Part shown: positions 7,103 through 9,329 of the stretch, piece after piece | How the letters are laid out: every line of letters starts with the position of its first letter | How positions within the stretch are numbered: position 1 is the stretch's first letter | DNA from: Tubiluchus corallicola | Taxonomy: Eukaryota > Animalia > Priapulida | Assembly: GCA_030141605.1 (NCBI GenBank) | Contig: JAQGDQ010002201.1 | Coordinates: forward strand, 1 to 9,329 | Reading direction: 5' to 3' | Length of the DNA: 9,329 nt | Translations under genes and position numbers: made by a program | The notes under the pieces: generated by a model | Told to the model about the DNA's origin: nothing | Database searches by the model: none | Seen by the model: the letters and a program-made list of their open reading frames with translations, nothing else

Positions 7103-8457
7103 CATCTCAGAAGCACTGCAATCGTAGATAAGTTTACACACATCCCAGAAGCACTGCAATCATAGATAGGTTTACACACATGCCAGAAGCACTGCAATCG
7201 TAGACAAATTTACACACATGCCAGAAGCACTGCAATCGTAGATAGGTTTACACACATCCCAGAAGCACTGCAATCGTAGATAAGTTTACACACATGCCAG
7301 AAGCACTGCAATCGTAGATAAGTTTATACACATGCGAGAAGCACTGCAATCCTAGATAGGTTTACACACATGCCAGAAGCACTGCAATCGTAGATAGGTT
7401 TACACACATCCCAGAAGCACCGCAATCGTAGATCGGTTTACACACATCCCAGAAGCACCGCAATCGTAGATCGATTTACACACATCCCAGAAGCACTGCA
7501 ATCATAGATAGGTTTACACACATGCCAGAAGCACTGCAATCGTAGATAAGTTTATACACATCCCAGAAGCACTGCAATCCTAGATAGGTTTATACACATC
7601 CCAGAAGCACTGCAATCCTAGATAGGTTTACACACATGCCAGAAGCACTGCAATCGTAGATAGGTTTACACACATCAAAGAAGCACCGCAATCGTAGATC
7701 GGTTTTACACACATCCCAGAAGCACCGCAATCGTAGATCGGTTTACACACATGCCAGAAGCACCACAATCGTAGACAGGTTTACACACATGCCAGAAGCA
7801 CTGCAATCGTAGATAGATTTACACACATTCCAGAAGCACTGCAATCATAGATAGGTTTACACACATCCCACAAGCACTGCAATCATAAATAGGTTTACAC
7901 ACATCCCAGAAGCACTGCAATCATAGATAGGTTTACATACATGCCAGAAGCACTGCAATCGTAGACAAATTTACACACATGCCAGAAGCACTGCAATCGT
8001 AGATAAGTTTACACACATCCCAGAAGCACTGCAATCGTAGATAAGTTTACACACATGCCAGAAGCACTGCAATCGTAGATAAGTTTATACACATGCCAGA
8101 AGCACTGCAATCCTAGATAGGTTTACACACATGCCAGAAGCACCACAATCGTAGATCGGTTTACACACATGCCAGAAGCACCACAATCGTAGACAGGTTT
8201 ACACACATGCCAGAAGCACTGCAATCGTAGATAGATTTACACACATTCCAGAAGCACTGCAATCATAGATAGGTTTACACACATCCCAGAAGCACTGCAA
8301 TCATAAATAGGTTTACACACATCCCAGAAGCTCTGCAATCATAGATTGGTTTACACACATCCCAGAAGCACTGCAATCGTAGACAAATTTACACACATCC
8401 CAGAAGCACTGCAATCGTAGATAAATTTACACACATACAAGAAGCACTGCAATCGTA
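7103..8457. repeat. 38-bp minisatellite/VNTR, consensus CCAGAAGCACTGCAATCGTAGATAGGTTTACACACAT(C/G), ~35.6 copies
   Basis: The AAGC anchor recurs every 38 bp from 7111 to 8442, with one 1-bp insertion near 7703. There are no unique spacers, and the unit length is not a multiple of 3. Confidence 0.97.
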
Positions 8458-8521
8458 CTTTAAGCAAAACAGTTTTCTACTACAATTGTTGTATGCAAAA
8501 CTGGTCTGTTTGTCACACCAC

Positions 8522-8567
8522 TAAAATAAAATATAAAATATAATAATATAATATTACTATAATATAT
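8522..8567. other. A/T-only low-complexity tract
   Basis: TAAAATAAAATATAAAATATAATAATATATAATATTACTATAATAT, almost entirely A/T, lying between the 38-bp array and the right-hand element. Confidence 0.7.
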
Positions 8568-8772
8568 GCACCGTTTTTTCAGGGATTTTATAACTTTTTT
8601 ATATTTTTAACGTCAATGCTTTTCAAACAAGTGAAATGTTTTTTAAAGTCACTTATATGGTCCATATGGTATAAGAGGTACGTTTTATGGAATTTAACCA
8701 TGTTACCGGTTTTTAAACTTTGTTTATTTACAAACAGATACTGCTGAATGTTTTACACGACCGCTAGTTACT

Positions 8773-9329
8773 GATGACGTCATTATTTCAAGGTGGGCGC
8801 TAGATTTTTGCATTTAGTAGCCATCTTGAAATAATAAGAACATCAATTTTTACAAACGTGTTTCCTAATTACTTACAATACATGTGTGATTTATAAAATG
8901 CTATAAACAATATAAACAAGTTGTCGACAATTTTAAATGTTGGCAGCCATCTTGAAATTATGATGTAATATCTTCAGAAACTAGAGCTTTCTGATTCCCG
9001 AGGTATATATTTATATCTACCAGAAATACATTTTTGCCTTAAATGCCCACGGTTCATATAAATTGATGATTAATGTGTCGATTTTGGCCGCCATCTTGGA
9101 AAAATAGTGAAACCTAATAATTGCTGGAATAGCTATCAGTACACTTCCCAATTAATCTGTATACCACTTTTTGGAAATTTCGCTTTTTTAAAAAAAAATT
9201 AAAAATGTATACAAAAATGCTGTATCTTTAAACCGATTTTTGGTCACGAGGGGCAGGTCAAGCCTGGGCAACCACTAAGAACAATTCTGAATAAGTGTGC
9301 CTGCCAAAGATTAAAAAACCCAATATCAT
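8773..9329. mobile_element. Probable non-autonomous DNA transposon (MITE-like or Helentron-associated) remnant; boundaries uncertain and it may continue beyond the window
   Basis: GCCATCTTG at 8820, 8946 and 9090, plus an inverted degenerate copy at 8773-8798 containing TGACGTCA. From recollection, such GGCGGCCATCTTG/ATGACGTCA motifs are common inside invertebrate interspersed repeats. No terminal inverted repeat or target-site duplication identified. Confidence 0.45.

Noticed and set aside
7103-8457. CRISPR array or repeat-encoded protein
   Set aside because: Units are contiguous with no unique spacers, and no cas genes are present. The 38-bp period shifts frame each unit, and the ORF track shows no long ORF here.
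8771-8831. Hammerhead core CTGATGA...GAAA
   Set aside because: The bases after CTGATGA do not pair with those before GAAA to form stem II. The motif is explained by the TGACGTCA-containing inverted repeat.

Overview
AT-rich, apparently non-coding DNA with a eukaryotic (probably invertebrate) look. I find no convincing protein-coding gene, RNA gene or CRISPR array; the four supplied ORFs are best explained as repeat by-products or chance. More than half the window is repeat-derived: (1) a fold-back array of ~19/12-bp GACAGAGGACTTCCTAGA units that switches strand near 951 (735-1392); (2) a degenerate GACT/CACT tetranucleotide tract (1555-1744); (3) a dispersed ~127-136-bp modular repeat carrying GGGAAAATTCC, seen seven times including one inverted copy (405-480, 2299-2575, 2953-3420, 5326-5570); (4) a degenerate 255-bp-spaced direct repeat (4201-4590); (5) a 2.85-kb block of three different tandem arrays abutting with essentially no spacer: a ~29-bp array with a 207-bp higher-order repeat, a 141/118-bp array with a 259-bp higher-order repeat, and a homogeneous 38-bp array of ~35.6 copies (5620-8457); (6) a probable non-autonomous transposon remnant with GCCATCTTG motifs at the right end. 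The interest lies in repeat architecture and evolution. I cannot support a novel gene-based system from this sequence.
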